Shown here piece by piece: positions 50,943 to 64,000 of a DNA stretch of 64,000 nucleotides (positions are counted from its first letter, which is position 1; each line of letters opens with the position of its first letter). The translations under genes were made by a program, and so were the position numbers. The notes under the pieces were generated by a model. That model saw nothing but the letters and a program-made list of their open reading frames with translations, did no database searches and had not been told where the DNA came from. This DNA is from the human T2T-CHM13v2.0 reference genome, Homo sapiens, in the NCBI RefSeq assembly GCF_009914755.1, contig NC_060931.1. One strand, 5' to 3'.

Positions 50943-53900
50943 ATGGTCTCTTCTCCAACTATGAAATCCCAATTCAGTTAGGGTTTATCACATTACTTTT
51001 CACACAAAGTGGGCACAACATATCAGATCTAATTTGCACAAACTATGTACTCCACTTATGCCCCACTCTCATCCAATCATGCTTTTCTACAGATGAAAGA
51101 ACAATGAAGAGTCCACAAGCCATTAAAGTGGATACTTTTTTCCATTTAAAATGATTTTTACCATTCTTCTAGCCAACTTTTTTTAATAAGTTGCTCGCTA
51201 ATTCTCAATCACATGTTCCTGCCCATCTATATAGTTTGTACCTAGCCAGTGTCCAATTAACAAGAGGTAGTAAAAATCTGTCAACAAAATCTATAATAAA
51301 ATATGGTAGTGAGCATTATCTACTTTCCAATAGAGCTGGATTCTCTGTATTCTTAATGGAACTGCTTCCCTAGAGAGTAGCACTTGTATTCAGCAATAAA
51401 GCTTGGAATACCAGTGAGAGTTTATCCTACTCTCAAAAAATTTTCAAGCCTCCAGTTCACTGCAACTTTTCTGTCTTTATTTCAATTGCTTAAGATCACC
51501 CTCTATTGTGTTGTATAACACGCAACAATACACACAGAAGAACCATAGAAAAAATCCAGTGTAATTGATCACTAAATTAGAATTCTTTTTTTCTTATTAT
51601 ATCTATCCTCACTTTTTCTACTCAATTGCATTACTTTCTCCTTCTCCTTGGCATGAGTATCATAACATTATCTGATTTTTCACAGCAGTGATAATGTTTT
51701 AGTGTACTTTCTATTTATTTGTGATATTTAGAAAGATAGTCAGTTTGGGCCAAGGAGTTTCCTGAGCAGCTTTACATCACCCAAGTGCCTGATAATTCTA
51801 AAAATCTGATATCTGTACAACATTTCTTCATTCATGATTTCAGGTATTACTAGCCCTGGTTAAGCTCCGATTATGCTTCTTTTCCAATTCTACATATTTT
51901 GTCCAGAACATCTGAAAAAATGTCCATACAGGACCAAGAAACATATGAGAAGTATATGCTTCATGAACTCTGACATAAATGGTCTAATTTCGGAGCTGCT
52001 ATTATGTTTTCAACCTGATATTTGTCTAGATTATAGGTCATTGTATTAAATCTAAACTTTATTCGTAGCAAAAGTGATAGCATCTTTTTATTTCTGTTAT
52101 CTCCAAAGTTCTAAAATGTTGATTTTGATGTCATCTGAACAAGGACATATTTCAAAATGTGAAATATCAAAATAAACAATAAAAGAGAGACAGAACAATA
52201 TGTGTTTGAGTACTCATACAGCATGAAAATAAGAATTATAACCCACAAATTATTATAAATGTTATTTATATGGCATTTATTAGATTAATATATTACTATA
52301 TAAATAAAATAACATTTGAAGTTAGAGCTAGAGGAAAAGAAGTATAAAACTTGATAAACAGATCTCTTAATAGATTGATTTAGACAGAAAAACACTAAAT
52401 TATTAAGAGAAATGACAGTCAGAACTAATTTAGAAGATCAGAATCCCTCCAGTTGGACATGAAATTATTGCTATAATATTCCCAGAGGGTTTGGACAGAG
52501 AACTAATCTGTTGTGGAATAAGTTAGAGATGATTATGTGACTGGTGATGAACAATATGGAGAACTCTTACTTTTCTTGTTTAAAGGAAGTGTTACAGATG
52601 GTATTACCTGCATCTGAATATAATAAAGATGGTTAAAAATAAGAATCAGTGACCTAATATACTTTGCATATTGAGTAAAAATCTGTCTTACTGATTCAGG
52701 CTGTTTATAAAGACCTTGCCATTGGTAAGATTCTCTTTTAAACTCAGAAGCTACATTATGCCTCTCCAAAGCAATCACTTTTTTTATGAATTGTACATTT
52801 TAGAGTCATCCACTCATAGCTGTTCCTGAATTATTGCTTCAAGGACATTCAAGGGTATCCTCCTAACTGTAGTAAAATAATTTCTCAAAAATTTTAAATA
52901 CGATTTTTCAAAAGCAAAAGAGTAGCCTCATATTTGTTTTGGGATTTCTTGAAATATTTAGGTATTCATATTCCAGCTGGATTGAACACCCATGATCGTA
53001 ATTACTAGAACATATCAAACACTTTACTACTGATTTAAAATAAATTACTTTAACACAACCAATCTTCTATGGTAACACTCAACTTTACCTGTCTCAATTG
53101 CTCTAGAACAAACATCTTGAGATACAATATTCACAGTACAATATCTTAGAAAAGAACAACATTTTAAAATTTTAGAAAAAAAATCAGGACTCACTTTGTA
53201 AGAGTTGCACTTTATTATATCCTCTTTGAATAATTACATAGCAGTAAAAATTAAAAATAGAATAATATGTAAATTATTTGGCATAGAGTGGGTACTAAGA
53301 AACAAGTTAACTTTCTTGAGTCCCAAAGCAGGTAAGACTTGTAAGTGGAGAAATGCAGGTTAGATCTTACTTCAGAGGATCTTAACACACATATATGGAT
53401 CACAATAAGTTAATTCAGAACTTTCAACTAGAATCAGCACATGAAATTGCCCCAAGCACTTGGGTAAGAAAAGAGGAGAAACCTCACAGCCTGATTTAGC
53501 ACAGGGGCAGGGGCTAAAGAGCCACAGATAAAAAAGGAAAGTTTCTGAACATTGGTTCTTTAACCAAATTCTCTAGAAATTTTCAAGAGATACACTGACT
53601 ATGGAAAGTACAGTATTAAATTATACAAACCAGTCTCAATTCAAGGAAGAAAATAATATATTTATTTAATGTAGGTTTATGATAATTGTAAGAGCGACAA
53701 AGGCAACAAAAGGCACACATGTTTTATCACTGACTTCTAAATTATTATCGAGCATTACCTAGGTCTCATTGTTTTACAGATTTTGCTTCTTGTATTTATA
53801 AGCAAATTTTAATGCTTCTTGATCTTGCTTCTTGTATTTATAAGCAAATTTTATTATTAAATGAAGCTATTTCTCATAGACTGTGAAACCTTTCTTACCC

Positions 53901-54299
53901 ATGTGATGTTTTAGAAAAATCTGTTTTCACTTTTGTTGTATTGTGTTTTGATAAAATCATTGGGAATAATTTTGAGGTTTTATCTCCCTTTTGTCCTCTT
54001 TACTTTTACTCAATGAACTTAGAGTATGCAGTAGCCAGGTTTCAGGTGTTTTGTGACATACAAGAAATATATAAATGAGCAAGGTTCTTCTGGTCAAGCA
54101 ACTTCAAGCATGTAATAAGATTCTTGACCTCTGTCAGTGGATGGTTTGGTTACTAGAAATATACTTGCTTAAAAAGCAAATAAAGAAATACCTGGTTATG
54201 CATTGTATTTCAGAAAAGCATACTGAAAATGTAAATCCATGTGACTACAGGCATTAAGAAAGCGTAGCCATAATGATTGAACCCCTACTAAGTTTTGCT

Positions 54300-54470
54300 T
54301 ACTTGGCTTATATTATCTCTATTATTCATCATAACAATATTATGAGGTTGGCATTATTATCTTCATTTCTCATATAAAAAAGAGTCTGACCCTTTGAGAG
54401 TTTTGACAACATATTCAGAGCTAAGCTAATAATAAGCAGTAGGGCTGGCCTATGATAAGCGCATGATCTT
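54300..54470 (-). mobile_element. MIR SINE
   Basis: TCATAACAATATTATGAGGTTGGCATTATTATCTTCATTT. Confidence 0.65.
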
Positions 54471-55194
54471 CTCCCACGTAGTATTTAATAGTTTGCACTT
54501 GAAAACATCAATGCACCTGAGAATTTCACTGCATAGTTGCTTTAACTGTCATATTACGTATTTCCTCACCCTCAACTAATGCCTAGGCAGAGGATCTTTA
54601 ATGAATACTAGATATAATGGTTAGGCTTAAGGTCTTAGAGAATTTCCTCAACAACAAAACATTTCCAGTGAGGCTCAAAGGTATATGGGGCCAATCCAAA
54701 CAAAGCCTAGAAAAGATAAATAAATATAATATGTACAAATGTATAACATTGGAAATGACAAAATAAAATTAAGACTGATTTACCACATAATTTTTATTGA
54801 AAACCATGAGATTCTACCATCACAAAGTACCAAAAAACAGAGTGAAGAAAAATAGAATGGAATAATATGCAGTAATAGAAGTTAACAATTTTGCCTGTTC
54901 AGGATAGTTGTGGACACCTCTGAGGTGTTACCAACTGATGTGGCAGGATTCTACTTTGTAACATTATTTCATGTAAATTATTAGAAATTTATTTTACAAT
55001 ACAATTTTTATTAAGAAATATAAAAGATATATTTAGGTATTTATACTAGGATATCTGAAGACATTGTCTTTAAGCTTCTTGCATTTATGGACTCATTTTA
55101 CTTGTGGAGATTATAAGAGATGATCTGTTCCAATGTCATTTTAAGATGGTAATTCATTATGTTATTATGATAACATATTATATGAATATTTCCC

Positions 55195-56260
55195 TTGGAT
55201 ATTTAACAAAACTTACTACAAGAAGGATTAGGCATAATAATATAGTCATTGTCTGAAAGAAGCTTAGGAGGGAAATTAAATGGATACACTGTTAGGGAAA
55301 GAGAGATACAATTACACAGGAGAAGATAGAAGGGATGAACTCAGGTCCATGACAGTTAATGAATAGGTACTTGTGGATGCTTCATGGTATTTGAACACAT
55401 CCTTGAAAGAGATGTATTATTTTAACACACAAAGATGAATATTATATCAACAGTGCAGGATACATAATATGAAACCTTATAAGATGGGACAGGTGAGCAT
55501 CTGATTTTCAAGAACTTCGAATAAGTTTAGATAGCATTTGTTATAAAACAGCACATTGCTGAAGATTTATGAAAGGAGACTGGATTGTATAATGAGAATG
55601 GTAATTTAGAAAGATTAATGTGGTAATTTCCTGAAGGTTTGACTAATCAGTGAAATGGACAGAATACAAGGGACCATTAGCAATAATGCAGGTATTGAGA
55701 AAGCAGAAACTAAACTAGAGTAGTGACAATAGGAATCACAAGTCAGACTAATGCAAAGCACAGATGTAAATCTGGCAATCATCTTTAAAAACTAATAAAT
55801 AAATGAAACAAAACCTGCAACTCACTAGACTTAAGGGTTAAGGCTAAGAGTGAAGGAGTAATGAATAAACCATGTGAATTTTCAAGAGTAATAATAACAA
55901 TAAAATGTAGACTTCACAGGAGCCACTTTAAAACTGAAATCTAAGTGGTAGTATTCAATATTCAATAGAATGAAATGTGTGTCTTGAGCTTCTGAGGAAG
56001 ATTGGGAATGAAGATTGCTGATTTAGGAATTTAAACAGATGTTAACAAAGCTAATCTATTTGCAATTACAACAACTGCAACAAAATGCCCCCAGAGCAGG
56101 AAAACAACCTCAGTGTAGGTAAGAAAGAGTAGCTTGGGAGGTAAGAAGGTAGAAAAATCAGAAATATAAAGAGAACCTAGTTGTTCTGGCGTTGGTTCAA
56201 GCAAGGTGAGTGCTTCTAAGGGCGACCCGGTGAATACTGTGAAATGCTGTAAAGATAAAG
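55195..56260 (-). mobile_element. Degraded L2
   Basis: Purine-rich antisense L2-like motifs, e.g. GTCTTGAGCTTCTGAGGAAGATTGGGAATGAAGAT...GATTTAGGAAT. Confidence 0.55.
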
Positions 56261-56275
56261 AAAGGTGCAGCTTGA

Positions 56276-56574
<299 letters not shown>

Positions 56575-58624
56575 AAAGGTGCAGCTTAAACAAAGGGCAC
56601 CTGTTCAGCAACTTTTGTGGGCTGGCAAGCATGGTACCCTGACTCCAGGGTGGCTGTGCTCCTTCACTGAACCTATGCACCGTCTTCTGGTATCAGCATT
56701 TTCCTTGAGCCTGTCCTCTTCCACGGCATCTATTACCTAAGCACAAAATGTCTAGAGATCAGGAGACCAGGTTTTAAACCAGTCAAGAATGCACAAGTGT
56801 CCATTTTTTCTCTGAATGTGGAAAGACTATAAATATGTAAAATAAATTACTTTTTATTTCCTATCCAAATGGCCTATGCAGGCTTTCTTATCCTAGTGCT
56901 GCTATGAAATTGTAAGATCATTGCAGACTTGTCTACCAAATACTAGAATGTACAATGAAAGACAAACCTGGTAGTTGAAAGAGAAATTTTCAGGATAGGA
57001 AAAATGGTATAGATTTCTCAATAGATGGGAAACTTAGAAAACTTAGTTTTCTGGAGTTTTTTTGTTTGTTTGTTTGCTTGGTTGGTTGGTTTTTTGTAAG
57101 AGATAATCTTACGAGATATTTAACTATAATCAAACTCACAGTGAGCAATAGTAGTAGACATTATAAAGTTCTCTGGCACTTTTAAGTATTTAAAAGAATA
57201 AAAGAGTGTACTCTTTTATTCCCCTAAGTCTCAGGGTCAATTTCTATTGGTATGCAGTGTCCCTTGTATGTAGACATATGTTTAAAATGATGTGCTTGTG
57301 AGGGATGGGGGAAGGAGGAGAAAGAGGGAGGCACTCTACAATTATCCTGATGTGTTTATCTCAAAAATGACATAACTCTAATAATTAGACCAATGATATA
57401 TTGAAGTATTCTCATCTTTACAAATTCTCTGTGCATTAAGTGAGAAAGCAAGCACAACTTCTAACACGGGCTGGTTACTTCAATATTGCCAGAGGAAAGA
57501 CTATTCATTTTCAGTCACTTCTTTCCTTCCACACATTTTGTAATAAAATAAGGCAGAGAAAGTCGATGATCTCTGACACTTAATTCACTCTCCTGGGCGC
57601 TCTTTCCTATCTCACTTTCATTCCAGACCCTTTGCTCTAAGCCACTGCTCTGCCTCCTCCACTCAATTTCCTGGCCTTCCCTCAGCAGTGATCAGTGATC
57701 AGTCAGTTACATTTCTTCTGGCTTGTGAAAAGATCATTTATTCATTGATGTAATCACCACTTTTGTAAATCCCATAATTAGATGAAGACAAACAAAAGTC
57801 TGAACAAGCTTCTTAGACTAGACTTCTGAATGTAATTATTTATGATTTCTTGATTATGGCTGTTTTTTCCTCATCTGTATCTCTGGGTTTCTATTAGCCT
57901 GACACACAAAAGGAATTAAATTACATTTCAGATAATTGATACCTCTACTTATCTTGGCAAAAGAAGGAGGACAGTGTACTATCTCATTATGATGTGGAAA
58001 AAATGTGGTATGATTGAGGATATCGAAACTCTCTCAGCTCTGCTTGCTGTAACTATGCTGATGATCTGAAAGCCTGTTATTAAAAGCATTTACTCATTTG
58101 AAATACACACAAACACACACGCATTTATTCTGTCAACAATTTCACATCCTATACTATCTACCTGTTTGTCCTATATACAAACAGCTAAAATACACTGTTG
58201 TTATTACTTAGAATAATTCAATTTCTAGTGGAAAATCTAAGGCTTCAATATGAGATTAAATAACACCAGGTGGTACTTATGGGACAAATTGTGGGGCACC
58301 ATGAAGTATAAATCCTAGAATAAGATATCTATGCTATAGAGAGGAAGATAATTGCATTCATTGTTAACATTACATGCCTTCCCTGAACTAACAGCAGTCC
58401 ATTAGGGACCTGTTCTTCCATCAGTGTCAAATATCTTCTAGTTACATGCAAGTTTATATACAGGAAGCACTGGGTGTTCAGTAAGTGCATGTTTTAAGAA
58501 ATATTGGTTTTCAGGTGGAGATATTTTAATTAAAAATAAAAAGCTCCCTACAGTTCCCAAAAGCCCATTTCAGACCCTTTCCTTAGGATTAGAGCTTTAT
58601 ATCCCTCTATTTAAATATAGAGTG

Positions 58625-58750
58625 AGAGGCAAGCATAAAATAATGACTTGGGACACAGAAGAAATGGCTTCAAATTTCACCCTTACTAGGACAGCTCACT
58701 ATATGTCTTTAGGCAAGCCTCTTCGTTAACTGTTGTCCTTCTCAGTACTA
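58625..58750 (+). mobile_element. MIR fragment
   Basis: GGCTTCAAATTTC...CTATATGTCTTTAGGCAAGCCTCTT. Confidence 0.45.
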
Positions 58751-58769
58751 AGTATCTTTTGAACACATT

Positions 58770-59258
58770 TTCAATATTGTATTGATTTCCCAGTTGATGA
58801 ATCCCAGCCCATCAAGTAGATGCCCACATTTGCCTGTGTAGCCTTGCTTAGAGATAGAATATAGGCATGTATACTTAGATTCTTTCAAAGGATGGCTCAG
58901 AAGAAAATAACAGGAGGATGATGGCATTGAGCAGACCACACATTGCTGGAGAGGGTGGTGGAATGCTGTACAGAAAGAGCTTTCAGGAAACAGTGCCAGA
59001 CGCCCATTGACACCATAAAATGCCTCCTGACATGATGCCTGCTATTGAGCCTGTGTCGCAGGGTGAAACAGCACCCGTCATCGTGGCACCTGGCTGTGAT
59101 TGGGGTGTGGTATTTGGCTGCATATATTCTAAGCCAGATTCTCTGCTCCTCCTACAGTTTATGTAAACGACCTACCAGCCTTTAACAAATTGCTTTTCCA
59201 TCTAAATTTGTTAGACTAAGTCCCAGTGTTTCTAAATAAGAATGCTAACTAAAATACA
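58770..59258 (+). mobile_element. Old MLT1-class LTR
   Basis: 3' end TAACAAATTGCTTTTCCATCTAAAT...AAGAATGCTAACTAAAATACA. Confidence 0.55.
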
Positions 59259-59379
59259 TATTAAGGAACTTGTAGTTTCTCGTGCCTGTAGGCTAACATT
59301 CAAATCCCAAATGCCAATGAGAGAAAGATCTTTAAGCAAAGAAGCCTGGTATGATCCATTAGTGAATGTCAGGAACATA

Positions 59380-59622
59380 ATAATGAGGCTAGGAGGGGGC
59401 AGCTGTGCCCAGCTCTAGGTATTGGGTCATACTAATACACTGGCCCAGGGGTCCTGGCTCTTCTAATTTATGAAAGAAACTGGAAATCTATATTATAATG
59501 TAAAATCATCCAACTTTATAAACATTGACAATTAGGTACAAATGTTTTAAAGCATGGCAGGATCAGAGAAAACATATCTGTATTCTGGATGGCGCCTGTT
59601 GGCTTTCAGTTTATGAACTTAA
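59380..59622. mobile_element. MER103-like hAT-Charlie fragment
   Basis: GAAACTGGAAATCTATATTATAATGTAAAATC...AAAACATATCTGTATTCTGGATGGCGCC...CAGTTTATGAAC. Confidence 0.6.
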
Positions 59623-59939
59623 AAAGTAATTTCTCATGCTGCTCCCTCTTTCTGGAATATTCAGCTGTAATTAACCCTTCTCTGAGAAGCTTTTCCTGAC
59701 CATCACACCATCTATTAGCAGTAGGTAGTGAGTGGGAAAAGGGGAGACAAGGGAAGGTGAGGATCAGATGTAGAGCTGGGGAGAGTGTGGGAAAGATACG
59801 CTTTACATTGGAAGAGAAACTATAATTTTAATTTAGATCAACCTAGACTTTTTTAAGCATTAAAATGAAAAGTCTGGATCATGCACACTTTTTTAAACAT
59901 GAAAACATAAAAGTGATAAGAAAAAAAAATACCTGGAAC

Positions 59940-60080
59940 CCTCTCTCCCTCTCTCTCTCTATATATATATGTGTGTGGGTGGGTGGGTGGGTGGGTGGGT
60001 GTGTATGCTTGTGTGTGTGTGTGTGTGTATAAATGAAGCATATCTCTCTCTATATATACATATATGTATGTATATATATG
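59940..60080. repeat. Compound microsatellite (CT)n(TA)n(TG)n(GGGT)6(TG)n
   Basis: Read directly from the sequence. Confidence 0.95.
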
Positions 60081-60389
60081 AAGAAGGATATATCTTTATA
60101 GATAGATAGATAGGATATTTATTCCTCTAGGGCTAAAGATAAAGATTAGGAAAAAATTAATTTGCTTATACCTCAAAGAGTCTACCTCAGTAAAGAAAAA
60201 TAGTCCACACCTCTTGTTGGCCACTGCACACATAGAGCCCCAGTTGAGTAGAAACTCAATATTTGTCAAGTCAATTCTCATGCATTTATGAGTACACAAT
60301 TCAAAATAAAATGTGCATACACTACTGGAATAATTATTTGTTTAGGTAGAATTATGAAATAATAGTTATTCTGAACCAGATAAAATTTT

Positions 60390-60520
60390 AGACATAATTC
60401 AATGCAGCCATATCATATAAGAAATGGAGACACAATGAAGTAAATTAACTTGCCAAAGTCATAAACATCCCTACAGCATAGCTGGGGCATGGCCATTGGA
60501 CCCTAGATCCTAACATGACT
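60390..60520 (-). mobile_element. MIR fragment
   Basis: GAAATGGAGACACAATGAAGTAAATTAACTTGCCAAAGTCATA. Confidence 0.6.
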
Positions 60521-61129
60521 ATAGGGCTGGAGTTTGCCATAAACTCTATTCAATAATAAGTTACTTTTTAAAAAGAATAAATTTTTATTGTGAACTTCTT
60601 GGACTGAAAAAGCTAGGGTTCCTCTATATCAGTTTTGAAAAAAAATTCAAATTTTGAAAATATTTTAGACAGAAATATTTCAGAGACTTTCTAGAATGTT
60701 CTTTAGTTATGTTTCCATGTCAGCATTTTGATATGTTTGTAATATGCTTTCTTGTTGATTGCTTCTCTTCCCAATGCTGGAAAGCAATTTACTGTTACAT
60801 ACTTGCTACTCTTTTGTGTATAGGATTCCAATATACCCAGCCAGGGGCCTATGATTAGTGTGTAAGCTATTTCATTACATGGAGTTGCCCATATTCCTCA
60901 GTCACCCTAGGGACTGTGCACCATCACCCACACGCATTATTTTCGCATATATCTAATAATTTTATTTTAAAGTATATATTTAATATTTCTTCCCATAATG
61001 ATAAAACCTAAAAAATGTCTTAGTTTAAAATTTTTTTAAAAAGATTACTTATTCTACAAGTTTGTTAAAAGGAATCCATGCTTTATTCCATTTACTGCTA
61101 CCACCAGAGAGGAAGTAACATGAGCTATA

Positions 61130-61315
61130 GAATAAGCATAGGATTTACAGCTAAAACTGATTCCAAATACAGTGACTATAACTTTGACACATTCATTCTG
61201 CCCAATAATCCTCCGTATTCCCATTTGTAAAATGTTGACAGTAGTACCAATTTTGCCAGATTGTTGATAAGATGAAAAATTGATTTATTCAAAAGCTCAA
61301 TAAATGTCATTGTAT
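61130..61315 (+). mobile_element. MIR fragment
   Basis: TTCCCATTTGTAAAATGTTGACAGTAGTACC...GATTGTTGATAAGATGAAAA...GCTCAATAAATGTCA. Confidence 0.65.
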
Positions 61316-61779
61316 TTTTTTTCCTCTTTTATTGAAGATCTGCTAAATGACGGTTGCCCTCCTATATTTGCACAAGTTTTCTTCTGAAACCATAGTAGAT
61401 TGCCTACCCAGTATTCATTATAATCTCTCCCTGTTACATAGCAGCCTTACAGTGTAGGATATTGATCTGTCATGAGCTCCTGGGATTCCCACCTCACTCC
61501 TCTTTGACACAGTAAACTAGTTCAGGGAGAAACAAGAGAGTTGAGTTGTTCTAATTAAAGCCCTAAACTTTCATTTAACAGAGTATTAAGGAGTCTCTCT
61601 ACTTCTAGATATTGTTAACATGAGCCAAACCAACCTGAGTATAAAGTGAAACATGGAGAAGAACCAATGCAAGAGATTACAAAATAATTGGATATTTTTG
61701 GAATTTGTTGGAAACATGTTATTGGCAAACATTTTAAATCAATGCATAATATTGAATTAAGGCAATAGACTGCAAGCCC

Positions 61780-62010
61780 CCTAACCATTTGTGTTATTCA
61801 GCATTTACACTATTTCCTAATTTTTATGTTTAAAAAGATTCTAAAATGCATATTTTTGCCTCTATTTTCTGTTTTTATTATTGTTCTGTTGAGATTGTTT
61901 CCCAGGAGTAGAATTATTGGGCCAAATCATATGAGAGTATTGACAGTTTTGTAACATATTTCCACAGTGCTTTCCAAAACTGTTGTGACTATTTACTTTT
62001 CTTCTCTTTA
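61780..62010 (-). mobile_element. L1ME-type fragment
   Basis: CCCAGGAGTAGAATTATTGGGCCAAA...GTGCTTTCCAAAACTGTTGTG. Confidence 0.55.
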
Positions 62011-62791
62011 TTGGCTTGGGAGAAAGCTTGTTTTTCTGCATTTTTACACAGTGAGAAATTATCTTTAAAAATTATTCTAAATTGCTAAGAAAGATATGTT
62101 CACAAATCATATAGCAGTTTATTGTTCCTTAAGTATTGATTAGTTAAAACAATTTTTAAAATGATGACCAATTATGGCACTCTTTCTTTCTTACAAAAGG
62201 TTTAGTCCAGATTTCAGAACAGTATTTTCATATAATGAAAAATCAAAAAGCAAAATTTAAAATGCATATATATATTATGATTGCCACTGTGTAAATCATC
62301 TAATCATAGAAAAAAGTACTAAAAGCAAACAAACTTATGTTCTGTTTAGTTTCCTTAAATTTCTGTATATTAAACTTTTTTAAAGTAATTGCATTTCATT
62401 TACATAAGATTTCAATTAATTGAAATTAATTGAAACTATAATTAAATGTTAATAACTATTGGGTTTTACATTTTACACAGGGCATTGTGAGCTTGGTAAA
62501 TCACAAAGTACTCTAACAGTAGTAGCTTTTATATTATTATTACACGTAACATTAACAATAACAAAACATTTTGGTGATACAACAGTCACTAAATAATCAT
62601 GATAAATGAAATACCTGAGATTGAAAACAGCCAAACAGTTAAAGGCCTCACATGATTAAAAGGAGGAAAGATTGAAGATTGCTCGGAAGATTGCCTGAAG
62701 ATCAGTTGGAAATAAACATAGATATGTGAATATACAAATGAGTTAAGGATAATCATAGCTAGATAATCATAGCTAAATAATCACTTATTCT

Positions 62792-63107
<316 letters not shown>

Positions 63108-63441
63108 TCACTTATTCTAATACTGTATTTTAAGTATGCTTTCAGATGCTTAGATAAGTAACCGAAGAGAAAATTCAAGACATTTGAAAACATTTTAATA
63201 TTGAAACATTTAAATATTTTTTATTCACTCTGAAAATTTGCACGACAGTCAGAAATCTCTACACAATCCCAGCTGTTACCACAAATACCCTCTCTTGCCC
63301 ACCAGCAAAGGGACAGAAATTGCATTATTTCTTAGTTTTCAGTACTGTCATGTGAGTAACTAAGACATTCCCCCAGAATACATTTAAAGGAACATACATT
63401 TAATTCTAAAATTGATAGTCCTGGATTTTATGAAGAAGTAT

Positions 63442-64000
63442 TCAAAACACCTTTACAAATATTATAATTGAGGAAATTATGACAGTGAAAGAGATCAGAC
63501 CTAACAGACTCCATTTTGCTTTTAACCATTAAGCTGTCCTTGTTCATTCCTGGGCCTAGGCTGAACTGACCTTGGGAAGAAATTCAATTTATGGCTCAAC
63601 TCTGAAAGAAAATTGATAATAGTCCTTTCCCCAAAATACCCCTTTCTTGCCTGGGGATCAGTCTGTCTTTGCAGGACTAACAAATTAGCTACAAGATAAG
63701 AAATTATGGTTTAGGGATCACGCAGCCTCTGGCTGCAAGAGTCTGAACCTCCCCAAATTGCTCCTGGGGATAACACCACTATTGTAAAACCTAAGATCAG
63801 TGCTTGAGCTATTTTGCAGACCCTGCACTGGATCGATCAGCGGACACCACCCAGACTGGTAATCTGGCTCGACCAGTTCTGTGATCCCACCCAGGAACAG
63901 AAGACAGCAAGTTGTCTTCAACACCCTATGATTCCATCTCCAACCTGACCAATCAGCACTCCACACTCCTGAATCCCCTATCTGCCAAATTATCTTTGAA
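63442..64000 (+). mobile_element. ERV1 LTR, LTR8A-like, cut by the window end
   Basis: GAGGAAATTATGACAGTGAAAGAGATCAGACCTAACAGACTCCAT...GACCAATCAGCACT. Confidence 0.85.

Noticed and set aside
61390-61700. Possible MLT1-like LTR
   Set aside because: The resemblance is too weak to call without an HMM search.

Overview
This window is AT-rich, non-coding catarrhine primate DNA, most likely human or ape, since it carries AluY, THE1A and L1PA elements. It is intergenic or deep-intronic. I find no credible protein-coding gene, RNA gene, CRISPR array or new multi-gene system, and the supplied ORFs fall in repeats or low-complexity sequence or look like chance frames. Roughly half of the window is recognisable transposon relics: a full-length THE1A provirus with TSD, a THE1 nested in an MST element, solo LTRs (MER61-, MER57-, MER34-like, LTR8A, MLT1), several nested L1s of different ages, four Alus with TSDs, and L2, L3/CR1, MIR and hAT/Tc2 fragments. 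The most notable points are structural and regulatory: a twin-priming 5' inversion in an old L1, a multi-layer L1 nest, a two-half-site p53 motif in the MER61-like LTR, DUX4 motifs kept in some THE1 LTRs and lost in others, a (GGAA)12 microsatellite, an inverted Alu pair, and a candidate minus-strand exon. Subfamily names come from recalled consensus sequences and need RepeatMasker/Dfam confirmation.
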